This document shows, piece by piece, positions 33,171 to 42,078 of a DNA stretch of 64,000 nucleotides. How positions within the stretch are numbered: the first letter of the stretch is position 1; each line of letters opens with the position of its first letter. This stretch comes from SAR202 cluster bacterium. Its GTDB lineage: Bacteria; Chloroflexota; Dehalococcoidia; Lucifugimonadales; UBA3495. The DNA is taken from NCBI GenBank assembly GCA_013204585.1, contig JABMNL010000003.1, forward strand, positions 6,992 to 70,991, written 5' to 3'. Under the pieces are notes generated by a model that saw nothing but the letters and a program-made list of their open reading frames with translations, ran no database searches and had not been told where the DNA came from. The position numbers were made by a program, and so were the translations under genes.

Positions 33171-34049
33171 ATGGCCACGGTAGGAAGCGGAAAATACACC
33201 TACGAATACATCCCCAATTGGGCCAAGTTGCCCGCGGGCCAAGCAATGGGCACGGCCAGCGCCGTCGCCACCGACTCCCAAGACCGAGTCTACGTCTTCC
33301 AGCGGACAAATCCCCCGGTATTGGTCTTTGACCGAGAAGGCAATTTCCTAAACTCCTGGGGTGAAGGCATGTTCGTCGACCCCCACGGCATATTCATTAA
33401 GGACGACATTGCCTATCTCACCGACCGGGAAGGGTCGATTGCAATGAAATGCACTCTGGACGGCAAGCCCCTGCTGTCCATCGGAACCAAGGGCGAGTAC
33501 TCGGACACCGGCTGCGAAAAGGCGGGCGATGTCTGTCCCCGCTCCGCCGGGCCTTTCAACTACGTCACCGAGATGGTGCCAGCGCCCAACGGCGACCTAT
33601 ACATCTCCGACGGCTACCGGAACGCCAGGGTCCACCGTTTCTCGGCGGCCGGTGATTTGATCTCATCCTGGGGCGAGCCTGGCAAGGGCGGCCCTAACCA
33701 GTTCCACCTGCCCCACAGCTTGGTTGTCGGCGACAACGGCCAGGTGTACCTCTGCGACCGCGAGAACAGCCGCGTCCAGGTGTTCTCTCCCGACGGTGAA
33801 TACATCACCATGTGGACCGACATGAACCGCCCCTTGGACATTTCAATAGACAGCGAGGGCATCTTCTACACCAGTGAGCGCCCGGATGACAACAAACCCG
33901 CTCAAATGAGCGTGTTGGACGGTGACGGCAAGGTGCTGGAGCGGTTCCCGTGCAATTCGGCCCACGGCTCGTGGGTGGATGCCCACGGCGACCTGTACCT
34001 GTCACTGGGCGCGGAGAAAAGCGTCGACAAGTACGTCCGGGTAGGGTAA
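33171..34049 (+). CDS. NHL-repeat six-bladed beta-propeller protein (peptidyl-alpha-hydroxyglycine lyase-like fold)
   Basis: 292 aa with repeated blade signatures (VATDSQDRVYVF, PHGIFIKDD..YLTD, PNGDLYISDGY, PHSLVVGDNGQVYLCD, GIFYTSE) and no signal peptide. Confidence 0.7.
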   Translation: MATVGSGKYTYEYIPNWAKLPAGQAMGTASAVATDSQDRVYVFQRTNPPVLVFDREGNFLNSWGEGMFVDPHGIFIKDDIAYLTDREGSIAMKCTLDGKPLLSIGTKGEYSDTGCEKAGDVCPRSAGPFNYVTEMVPAPNGDLYISDGYRNARVHRFSAAGDLISSWGEPGKGGPNQFHLPHSLVVGDNGQVYLCDRENSRVQVFSPDGEYITMWTDMNRPLDISIDSEGIFYTSERPDDNKPAQMSVLDGDGKVLERFPCNSAHGSWVDAHGDLYLSLGAEKSVDKYVRVG

Positions 34050-34072
34050 ACACCACTTCACTCCGAATCACC

Positions 34073-34113
34073 GTAGGGGCACGGTCCCGATTCCATCGGG
34101 ACCGTGCCCCTAC
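34073..34113 (+). terminator. strong stem-loop (18-bp perfect stem) after the NHL gene; the U-tract is weak
   Basis: gtaggggcacggtcccga ttcca tcgggaccgtgcccctac. It overlaps the first 10 codons of track ORF 34104, which argues for the ATG 34134 start of the mutase gene. Confidence 0.5.
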
Positions 34114-34133
34114 GTATTGCATCAAGGGATTTT

Positions 34134-35753
34134 ATGGCCGACCACATTGATGAACAGCCCAAGCGAAGCCTCTCTGGGTTGGAAGTGAAACCGGTCTACA
34201 CGCCAGACGACATCGCCAACACCGACTTCGCCCGCGACCTCGGTCAGCCCGGTGAGTACCCGTTTACGCGTGGCCCATATCCCAATATGTACCTGGGGCG
34301 GCTATGGACCAGGCGACAAATAGCCGGTTTCGGAACGGCCAAGGCCACCAACGAGCGCTACCGCTTCTTGTTGGACCACGGCCAAAACGGCATCAGCACC
34401 GACTTCGACCACCCCACCCTAACCGGCTACGACTCCGACCACGAACTTGCCGAGGGCGAGGTCGGACGGTTGGGAGTGGCCATCGACTCCGTGCGAGACA
34501 TTGACGACTTGTTCTTGGATATACCCCTAGACAAGGTCAGCGTGTCTTTGACCATCAACCACCCGGCCATCGTCCTGCTCAGCATGTTTTTGTCCGTTGC
34601 CAAGGACCGGGGTGTTGGTTGGGATGCGCTAAGGGGCACCGTCCAGAACGACTCATTAAAAGAATTCCACGGACAGAAGACCTTTGCCCTTGGCCCACGC
34701 CCGTCGCTCAAGCTGACCACCGACATCGTCGAATTCTGCACCAACCACGTGCCCAACTGGTACACCATCTCCATATCCGGCTACCACATCCGCGAGAGCG
34801 GCTCCGACGCCGTCCAGGAGTTGGCCTTTACCATCGCCCAGGGCATGGCCTACGTCGAGTCGGCCATGGAACGGGGCCTGCCAGTAGACAGCTTTGCACC
34901 CCGTTTGTCCTTCTTCTTTGGCTGCCACAATGACGTTTTCGAAGAGGTCGCCAAATTCAGGGCCGCCCGGCGCTTGTGGGCCCGCATTATGAAAGACCGC
35001 TACAGGGCCCAAAAACCAGAGTCCATGCGGCTCCGGTTCCACACCCAGACGCTCGGCTCGACCCTGATGCGGCAAGACCCGCAGAACAACATCGCCCGTG
35101 GCACCCTGCAAGCCTTGGCGGCGGTGCTGGGCGGGACTCAATCGCTCCACGTCAGTGGATTCGACGAGGCCTTCGACATTCCCTCTGAAGAGGCCATGCG
35201 CATGTCCCTGGCCACTCAGCTAATCTTGGCCCACGAGTCAGGAGTGGCCAACACCGTTGATCCCCTTGGCGGCTCTATCTTCGTGGAAAGCATGACCAAC
35301 GACATTGAAGAGGCCGCGTGGGAGTACATCAATAAGATTGAAGACCTTGGGGCAGGTTCCCTCAAGCAGGGCATGCTCCAGGCCATCGACACCGGCTACA
35401 TTGAACGAGAAATTGCCCGTTCCGCCTACGAATACCAACTCCGCATCGAAAACGGTGACCAAGTGGTGGTCGGCCTGAATCAGTACCAGTCGGAGAGCAC
35501 TCAAAAACTGGAGTTGTTCCAGTTCGACCCAGAGGAAGAAGACTGGCAGAAAGCGCGATTAGCTGAGACCCGCAGTGGACGCAGCGCCGCCGCCGTAAAA
35601 TCGGCCCTCTCTTCATTGAAGCAAGCGGCCCAAGACGACAAGAACCTAATGCCACCAGTGCTAGAGGCTGTAACCGTGCTCGCCACCGAGGGCGAAATAC
35701 TGGACACTCTGCGAGACGTCTACGGCGAATACGTAGACCCAGGGGTGTTTTAG
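34134..35753 (+). CDS. B12-dependent acyl-CoA mutase large (substrate-binding) subunit, HcmA/IcmA-like rather than methylmalonyl-CoA mutase
   Basis: Mutase TIM-barrel motifs [50 protein letters not shown] and [12 protein letters not shown]. Confidence 0.9.
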   Translation: MADHIDEQPKRSLSGLEVKPVYTPDDIANTDFARDLGQPGEYPFTRGPYPNMYLGRLWTRRQIAGFGTAKATNERYRFLLDHGQNGISTDFDHPTLTGYDSDHELAEGEVGRLGVAIDSVRDIDDLFLDIPLDKVSVSLTINHPAIVLLSMFLSVAKDRGVGWDALRGTVQNDSLKEFHGQKTFALGPRPSLKLTTDIVEFCTNHVPNWYTISISGYHIRESGSDAVQELAFTIAQGMAYVESAMERGLPVDSFAPRLSFFFGCHNDVFEEVAKFRAARRLWARIMKDRYRAQKPESMRLRFHTQTLGSTLMRQDPQNNIARGTLQALAAVLGGTQSLHVSGFDEAFDIPSEEAMRMSLATQLILAHESGVANTVDPLGGSIFVESMTNDIEEAAWEYINKIEDLGAGSLKQGMLQAIDTGYIEREIARSAYEYQLRIENGDQVVVGLNQYQSESTQKLELFQFDPEEEDWQKARLAETRSGRSAAAVKSALSSLKQAAQDDKNLMPPVLEAVTVLATEGEILDTLRDVYGEYVDPGVF

Positions 35754-35755
35754 CC

Positions 35756-36184
35756 GTGGCCACCCAAGCAACAAATATCAAAGTGCTCTTGGCCAAGCTG
35801 GGGTTGGATGGGCATGACCGAGGCATCAAGGTGATTGCCAGAGCCATGCGGGACGCCGGCATGGAAGTGGTCTACATGGGCATGCGGGTCACCCCCGACC
35901 AAGTTGCCCAGACCGCTCTGCAAGAAGACGTGGACGTGGTGGGCATCAGTCTATTGTCCGGGGCTCACATGCGGTTGGTTCCTCGCCTAATCAAGGCCTT
36001 TCAAGAACGAGGCATCGCCGAGGATATTCTCCTAATGGTTGGCGGCACCATCCCCGAGGACGACGTTGAGCCGTTGCACGAAATGGGAGTGCAAGGCGTG
36101 TTCCCCGTGGGCACCTTCACCACCACCATGACCGATTTCATTACCACGAATATCAGCCGAGGCCGGTCAGCGCCCCAGGCTTAA
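35756..36184 (+). CDS. acyl-CoA mutase small subunit, cobalamin-binding domain
   Basis: 142 aa with the B12-binding DxHxxG motif ([11 protein letters not shown]) and [12 protein letters not shown]. Its GTG start lies 2 nt after the large-subunit stop. Confidence 0.9.
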   Translation: MATQATNIKVLLAKLGLDGHDRGIKVIARAMRDAGMEVVYMGMRVTPDQVAQTALQEDVDVVGISLLSGAHMRLVPRLIKAFQERGIAEDILLMVGGTIPEDDVEPLHEMGVQGVFPVGTFTTTMTDFITTNISRGRSAPQA

Positions 36185-36237
36185 TTACCCACGACCTTAA
36201 CACCCCAATTGAGAGACAGTTTGCCGGGACTGATTTA

Positions 36238-37638
36238 ATGGAATGGCCCCCTCACCACCCCGATAGCTACCGCCCCAGCCCAGACCAGGAATATTGGTCT
36301 CGGGAATTGGAAACCATGCCGCCCGAAGAGCGGGAGCGGCACATCTTGGGGAAGTTGCAACGCCAGGTCCGCTACGCTTTCAAGAACTCGGGTTTCTATC
36401 AGGAGTTCTACCGGGACGCTCCGGTAAATCCCGCCAACCTAGCCAGCCTGGAAGAATTCGCCCAGCTACCGATTCTGACCAAGGAAGACATCCGTAGGGA
36501 GCAGGAGTTACATCCTCCATACGGCCGGTTCCTCTGTGTGCCGCCCCAAGACATCTTTCGCGTGCACGGCACGTCCGGCACCACCGGCAGGCCCACAGTC
36601 TTCGGAATCGGCAAGGACGACTGGGACCGCATCGCCGAAGCCCATGCCCGTATTCTCTGGGGTGCCGGGCTACGCCCCGACGACACGGTTATGGTGGCCG
36701 CAGTGTTCAGCCTTTACGTCGGTAGCTGGGGGGCCTTGGTCGGCGCAGAACGACTGGGGGCAACCTGCTTTCCCTTCGGCAGCGGTGCGCCAGGCCAGAC
36801 CGAACGGGCAGTCGAATGGTCGGCGATGGTAAAACCGTCCGTCCTCTACGGCACCCCGTCGTATGCCCTCTACCTGGCCGAGACTGCCCGGCAGATGGGG
36901 CTAGACCCCAAAGAGGACTTCGGATTCCGGTTTATGTTTTTCTCTGGGGAGCCGGGGGCCAGTGTCCCCGCAACCCGCCGTTTAATAGAGGAGACCTTCG
37001 GCTGCTATATCGTCGACCAGGGAAGCATGGCCGAAATGACCCCCTGGATGAGCAATTCCGGCTGCCGTCACCTGGATGGTGGCATGCACCTCTGGCAAGA
37101 CATCGTCTACACCGAGATGGTGGACCCTCAATCCAAGCTGAACCTGCCGTTGGGCGAGGAAGGGGTGCCGGTTTATTCCCACACCGAGCGCACGTCCCAG
37201 CCCATGATTCGCTACTGGTCGGGAGACATCGCCCGTTGGGACATGGTGGACTGCCCCTGCGGCCGCACCTATCCAACACTGGTGACCGGCATCTACGGCA
37301 GAGTGGACGACATGATTATCGTCCGGGGACAAAACGTGTTCCCGTCGCGCATCGAAGACGTGCTCCGTAGCATGGACGAGTTCGGTGGCGAGTTTCGCCT
37401 GGTGTTGGAACGAGAGAGCGGTCAGATGGACCGACTAACCGTACAGGCCGAAGTTTTGAACAAAGAATTCGCCGCCCAAGAATTTGACCCCGGCGCGTTG
37501 GAGGCAGTTCGAGAACGATTCACGGCAGAACTGCGGCGGGCCATTGGAGTCAGCGTGGCCGTTGAACTGAAACCGGCCGGGGAATTCGAGCGAACCCAGT
37601 TCAAGGCCCGCCGCATTATTGACCTGCGAACGCCCTAG
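36238..37638 (+). CDS. phenylacetate-CoA ligase (PaaK)-family adenylate-forming acyl-CoA ligase
   Basis: 466 aa with VHGTSGTTGRPT (P-loop of the PaaK/F390 synthetase family), GEPGAS and YWSGDIARW motifs. Confidence 0.85.
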   Translation: MEWPPHHPDSYRPSPDQEYWSRELETMPPEERERHILGKLQRQVRYAFKNSGFYQEFYRDAPVNPANLASLEEFAQLPILTKEDIRREQELHPPYGRFLCVPPQDIFRVHGTSGTTGRPTVFGIGKDDWDRIAEAHARILWGAGLRPDDTVMVAAVFSLYVGSWGALVGAERLGATCFPFGSGAPGQTERAVEWSAMVKPSVLYGTPSYALYLAETARQMGLDPKEDFGFRFMFFSGEPGASVPATRRLIEETFGCYIVDQGSMAEMTPWMSNSGCRHLDGGMHLWQDIVYTEMVDPQSKLNLPLGEEGVPVYSHTERTSQPMIRYWSGDIARWDMVDCPCGRTYPTLVTGIYGRVDDMIIVRGQNVFPSRIEDVLRSMDEFGGEFRLVLERESGQMDRLTVQAEVLNKEFAAQEFDPGALEAVRERFTAELRRAIGVSVAVELKPAGEFERTQFKARRIIDLRTP

Positions 37639-37736
37639 TCCCGGTACCCCCCAGAATGCCCCAGAATCCCCAAAGAGATTAAAGAACCTGGGGACTACCC
37701 TCTATTGATTCGTCTCTTACGCTGTGCCGCAAACGA

Positions 37737-37766
37737 TTGACATAATTTTAATATTAATTTTAAAAT
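37737..37766 (+). promoter_or_regulatory. near-consensus sigma-70 promoter (TTGACA-N18-TAAAAT) inside a ~60-bp AT-rich island
   Basis: TTGACA is at 37737..37742 and TAAAAT at 37761..37766. The spacer contains the 10-bp palindrome TTAATATTAA (37748..37757). It lies about 155 nt upstream of ATG 37921. Confidence 0.5.
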
Positions 37767-37920
37767 ATGACCAAGTTTTTAGGATAAAAGCAGGGTGTCT
37801 TGTCGTCGGACTGACTAGTCCGGCGAATTTCGATGCCCCTTGATGGGGTGTTCCGGTCTCTAATCGACCGTGACCCCGACGCCCGTGGTGCACGTTGTGA
37901 CGGAGGAAGGGAGTACGGGT

Positions 37921-40794
37921 ATGCAGAATTCGGTATCGTTATTCACAATGACGCTGGTGTTCCTGGCAGTCGTTGCAGTGGCATTCTTCTCCAATCAATA
38001 TCCCACCTATGCGGAAGACGACCACGGCGACTACCGGTTCGCGTCGACCCACATTAACATCGGTTCAGGGGCCATCTCTGGCGCTATCGACCCTTCAGAC
38101 ATTCTGTTCGACGTTGATTATTTCTCCTTTCAAGCCGGACGAGGCATTGAATACACCTTCGTATTAGATGAAACCACGGTGGTTGACGCCAACATCACCG
38201 TCGTCAACTCATTGTCCCGTGGCAGCGGCAGTTCACCCGGTCAAAAAATTAACGTTACTGGCGGACAGAAGACCATTACCTGGACCGCCCGCACCACAGA
38301 CACCTATTACATCGAAGTTTCCGGAACCATTAATAATGCCGACGGTTCCTTCTATCTGGGCAATTACACTCTTAGCGCTTTCGAAGACACCCGATATTCG
38401 GATCGCCATGCCGAAGACCGTAACGACGCCACGCAGATTTCTGCCGGAAATGTGTACCAGGGCGCGATTAGCCCCTGGACCAACCAGCCCACTCTGAGTA
38501 ATACCGTTGACGGCGGCGACGATAACGACTATTTCTCTTTCACGGCCCAGCGTGGCGTCAAATATAACGTGGAAGTCGATTTGGGAACATCTGAGGGAGT
38601 GGAAATAGCCATCCACACCGCCTTCGATGGCATGGCAAAAACCAACGACGGAATTGGCAACACGTTGGCATGGATATCTCCCCAGAACAACACCTACTAT
38701 ATCGCCGTGTCCGGCACCAACCGGGTGCGCAACTCGAACGGCACCTACGCTATCAAGCTAAACGCCGAGACCATTCTTTTGGATCAGCACGCAGAATCGG
38801 GCAACGGCGCCACCGTGATTAGCTTCGGAAACGCGCATCAGGGGGCAATCAGTCCCGCCGACGACTTGGACTACTTCTCTTTCCCAGCGCTGCGTGGCGT
38901 CAAATACATGCTTGACGTGACACTCGGCAGCGCGGACGGGGTTGCACTATCGGTGGTTGATACCAACGAGACCAGCCTGGTATCCAATGGCGGCGTGGGG
39001 ACGACCCTTGAATGGCTGGCTCCCGCCACTGGAACTTACCTAGCCGTAGTCTCGGCCTCCCCCCAAGTGCCGGACGTTATCGGCACCTATTCGCTGAACC
39101 TAAGCAGCGACACTACTTTGCAAGACCGCCACGGTGATTCGGTCCTGACGGCTTCGGCGATTAGTTTCGGCAATGCCCATCCCGGCGCGATAAGCCCGGA
39201 GACCGATCGCGATTATTTCTCTTTCTACGCCGAACGGGGCGTCAACTATTCGGTGGCCTTGGAGATGATCTCCGCCAACAGCGCCGTCATCTCAATCGAG
39301 AATGGTAATGGCGAAAAGATTAGCACCACCAACGGATTGGGCACCGGCCTAGGATGGACGGCGGCCAGCACCGGCACATTCTACGTTGTGGTATCCCATT
39401 CAGCGCAGGCCACCCAAGGCATAGGCACCTATTCCCTGACCGTAGAAGCGAACACTAGCCTTGAGGACCGTCACTCAGACACGGCTCTGAGCGGCACGCC
39501 GGTCAGCTTCGGCACGGTGTACCAGGGGGCAATTAGTCCTAAATCTGACCTAGACTACTTCTCATTCCCCACCGAACGGGGCGTGGAATACACTCTCGAT
39601 CTGACCTACGGGTCGGCCACGGCAGTATCCCTTGAGGTCAACACACTAAACGGCGGTTCGGAAACCGGGGCCCGCAACTTCGGAGAGAGCAACATAGTTA
39701 AGTGGACCGCCCCTGATTCGACCACTTATTACATTGCCATCTCATCTTCAGCTAAAGCGTCAGAACCTACGGGCACCTATACGCTGAAGGTTACACCCGA
39801 CACCACCTTACAAGACCGACACAGCGACTCTGCTGCCAACGGCACTGTCATAGGGTTTGGCAATGCCATCTCCGGAGCCATCAGCCCAGCCGACGATTAT
39901 GACTACTTCCGATTCCGGGCCGAGAAGGGAATCACCTACACCGTCGACGTGAATCTGGGCACCGCTGAAGGCGTCCGTTTCTCAGTAGAACAACCACTGG
40001 CCGGGTTTTCTACTTCAAACTTTGGCGTAGAAAAATCTCTCGAATGGGAAGCCCCGGCAACCGGCGATTACACACTGTCTGTCTCAGCCTCAGGCCGGGT
40101 GGGAATTCCAACCGGCACATATCACATAACTGTAAACCGCCAGGGAGACGCCCGGCCTCCGTCACCCTCGGTAGCGCAACCTACACCAGTTCCCACGGAA
40201 GGGCCGCCGCCTAAGATAATAGTGCCCGAAACGACAGCCTTGGTGCTCGATTCTCGGGTGTCACCAACAGGCAGCATTATCCGAGTGCCGGTGAAGCTCA
40301 ACAAGGCCGAGGGCGTCACTAGTCTTGGGTTCACGCTGCACTACAACACCGACGCGCTCCGAGTAATCGGTGTGGAGCAAGGCTCTCGGCTGACAACGGA
40401 GTCCTTTAGTTACGACAACGACACGCCAGGCCAGGTCCGGTTCGGATTTGCCGTGACCAAGGGTAACGGTGCCGGGGGGACAGCGGCGGTGGTCGAGTTT
40501 CAGGTCATCGGCACGGAAGGAACGGTCAGCCCACTTACCCTGTCCGACGCTTTGGTGAGCCACCGTTCGGGCGACCCGTTAACAGTGCAATTGGTGGGAG
40601 CAGATTTCAAGGTGGGCCCCAAGATTCAGGGAGACGCGGACGGCGACAGCCAAATTACTGCCATGGATGCCCTATTGGCCCTGAAGATGGCGTCGAACCT
40701 ACTGACTCCAGACCTTTCTCTGGACATCAACAACGACGGCAAGATAACTATCGATGACGCACGAATCATTCTGAACATGGCCCGGCCGAGCTAG
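37921..40794 (+). CDS. secreted protein: signal peptide + 6 PPC-type (pre-peptidase C-terminal-like) repeats + Pro-rich linker + cohesin-like domain + type-I dockerin
   Basis: Starts MQNSVSLFTMTLVFLAVVAVAFF (GGAGG-rich Shine-Dalgarno; track ORF 37870 is an extension). There are six ~114-aa units with ..DRHxD..ISFGN..QGAISP.DD.DYFSF.A.RGV.Y... The cohesin-like segment is SIIRVPVKLNKAEGVTSLGFTLHYNTDALRVIG...VVEFQVIG. The dockerin duplicate is GDADGDSQITAMDALLALKM / DINNDGKITIDDARIILNM. Confidence 0.85.
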   Translation: MQNSVSLFTMTLVFLAVVAVAFFSNQYPTYAEDDHGDYRFASTHINIGSGAISGAIDPSDILFDVDYFSFQAGRGIEYTFVLDETTVVDANITVVNSLSRGSGSSPGQKINVTGGQKTITWTARTTDTYYIEVSGTINNADGSFYLGNYTLSAFEDTRYSDRHAEDRNDATQISAGNVYQGAISPWTNQPTLSNTVDGGDDNDYFSFTAQRGVKYNVEVDLGTSEGVEIAIHTAFDGMAKTNDGIGNTLAWISPQNNTYYIAVSGTNRVRNSNGTYAIKLNAETILLDQHAESGNGATVISFGNAHQGAISPADDLDYFSFPALRGVKYMLDVTLGSADGVALSVVDTNETSLVSNGGVGTTLEWLAPATGTYLAVVSASPQVPDVIGTYSLNLSSDTTLQDRHGDSVLTASAISFGNAHPGAISPETDRDYFSFYAERGVNYSVALEMISANSAVISIENGNGEKISTTNGLGTGLGWTAASTGTFYVVVSHSAQATQGIGTYSLTVEANTSLEDRHSDTALSGTPVSFGTVYQGAISPKSDLDYFSFPTERGVEYTLDLTYGSATAVSLEVNTLNGGSETGARNFGESNIVKWTAPDSTTYYIAISSSAKASEPTGTYTLKVTPDTTLQDRHSDSAANGTVIGFGNAISGAISPADDYDYFRFRAEKGITYTVDVNLGTAEGVRFSVEQPLAGFSTSNFGVEKSLEWEAPATGDYTLSVSASGRVGIPTGTYHITVNRQGDARPPSPSVAQPTPVPTEGPPPKIIVPETTALVLDSRVSPTGSIIRVPVKLNKAEGVTSLGFTLHYNTDALRVIGVEQGSRLTTESFSYDNDTPGQVRFGFAVTKGNGAGGTAAVVEFQVIGTEGTVSPLTLSDALVSHRSGDPLTVQLVGADFKVGPKIQGDADGDSQITAMDALLALKMASNLLTPDLSLDINNDGKITIDDARIILNMARPS
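38014..40140 (+). repeat. in-frame tandem coding repeats, period about 340-345 bp (first interval ~383 bp), six copies (PPC-like domains)
   Basis: The DRHxD-encoding anchors are at 38401, 38784, 39124, 39466 and 39812, and the first copy is near 38014. The copies are diverged at the DNA level. Confidence 0.7.
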
Positions 40795-40804
40795 GGAGTA
40801 AGAG

Positions 40805-41416
40805 ATGCGCTGGTTGTTAGAAGTCACGTTCATTGGATTAACCTCTAGCTGGAAATGGGTGGCAACGTCGGTCGCCGTAGTCGGCACCCTTGTCGGCATC
40901 TTGTTCGCTTTCGGAGTCTTCAGCGGCGGTGGTGGTGGCGGCAGCGAAGGAACGCCCCCGTTGGTCGTGTCACCAACCCCAATTCCGGCAGCAACAGCCC
41001 TACCAGATCCAACAGCAACTCCAGCCCCTAGGGTAATCTCGGTGCCAATCCTAGCCACCAAGGCTAGCAACGTGGGCAGCTTGGAATTCGTCCTAGTTTA
41101 CGACCCGGCCAAACTCGAGTTTGCCCAGGTTGAACGGGGCGCACTAGCCGGAAACGCGCTAATCGACTCCAGTTCACCTGGGCCGGGGCGACTCTGGGCT
41201 GGGATTATCGACGTCCAAGGATTCGACGGCAGCGGTCCGATAGCGGTGGTGAAGTTCACTGTTCGGAGAGAAGTTAGCGGCTCCATGCCTTTCACCCTGG
41301 AAGACATTGCTGCCTTCGACGCCAGCACCCTGGTGGACATTGTCACCGTAACGACAGCGGGACAATTCAACGGACCCGACTTATCTCCTCTGTCGCCAAT
41401 AGTAACGTTCCAATAA
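40805..41416 (+). CDS. membrane-anchored cohesin-domain protein
   Basis: 203 aa: TM helix WVATSVAVVGTLVGILFAFGVF, a Gly6 and Pro/Thr linker, then the cohesin-like SNVGSLEFVLVYDPAKLEFAQVERG...IAVVKFTVRRE. GGGAG Shine-Dalgarno; it starts 10 nt after the upstream stop. Confidence 0.8.
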   Translation: MRWLLEVTFIGLTSSWKWVATSVAVVGTLVGILFAFGVFSGGGGGGSEGTPPLVVSPTPIPAATALPDPTATPAPRVISVPILATKASNVGSLEFVLVYDPAKLEFAQVERGALAGNALIDSSSPGPGRLWAGIIDVQGFDGSGPIAVVKFTVRREVSGSMPFTLEDIAAFDASTLVDIVTVTTAGQFNGPDLSPLSPIVTFQ

Positions 41417-41456
41417 CCCAATAAATCTTTTTACCGGAACTTCAATGGGCGTCAAT

Positions 41457-41497
41457 GGGGAGAGTGGTTTTGTTGCCATCTCCCCGTTATTTTTATT
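41457..41497 (+). terminator. rho-independent terminator of the cohesin/dockerin operon
   Basis: The stem ggggaga(g)tgg / ccatctcccc is followed by gttatttttatt. Confidence 0.7.
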
Positions 41498-41550
41498 GTC
41501 TTTCCATAATCTTTCTGGTCGCCTACAATGTTGCCTAAGTTCGCGCCCGA

Positions 41551-41991
41551 GTGCGTAATTTTGGAGGTGATATTGTGGCTAATCTGACTCTCGCGGAAGC
41601 TGAAGTAATCTTGGCCGGAGCCAAGGCCAAGATGGTCGAATTGGGTCTCAAGATGAGCATCTCAGTGGTGGATCCCCGGGGCGACCTGATTACTATGTTC
41701 CGAATGGATGGCGCTCCTTGGCGAACACCCGCCGTCTCAAGAGCAAAGGCGGTTGCAGCGGCAAGTTTCGAGATGGCCAGCGGCAAGTTGACCGAAAATG
41801 CCCAAGCGCCAATCTTCCGAGGATTCATGGCCATGGAAGGCGGCCATATGATTCCTGGACAGGGCGCGCTGCCTGTTTTCAGGAACGGGGAAATTATCGG
41901 TGCGGTCGGCGGCAGCGGCGGCACCGCTCAAGAAGACGAAGACTGTAGCCGGGCCGGCATCCATGCTGGCGGTTTCTCCGAAGAGCGTTAA
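41551..41991 (+). CDS. GlcG/HbpS-like (DUF336) heme-binding protein; the true start may be GTG 41575
   Basis: The segments SISVVDPRGDLITMFRMDGA...SRAKAVAAASF and GAVGGSGGT are typical of DUF336. A GGAGGTG Shine-Dalgarno precedes GTG 41575. Confidence 0.82.
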   Translation: MRNFGGDIVANLTLAEAEVILAGAKAKMVELGLKMSISVVDPRGDLITMFRMDGAPWRTPAVSRAKAVAAASFEMASGKLTENAQAPIFRGFMAMEGGHMIPGQGALPVFRNGEIIGAVGGSGGTAQEDEDCSRAGIHAGGFSEER

Positions 41992-42010
41992 TTTCTCAGT
42001 GAGCAATCTA

Positions 42011-42055
42011 GGACTAAGAAAACGCCGGTGCATAACCCCGGCGTTTTCTTAGTCC
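42011..42055. terminator. bidirectional terminator (18-bp stem) between convergent genes
   Basis: ggactaagaaaacgccgg / ccggcgttttcttagtcc. Confidence 0.8.
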
Positions 42056-42078
42056 GCTGTCAGGTTGGGAAATAAATC

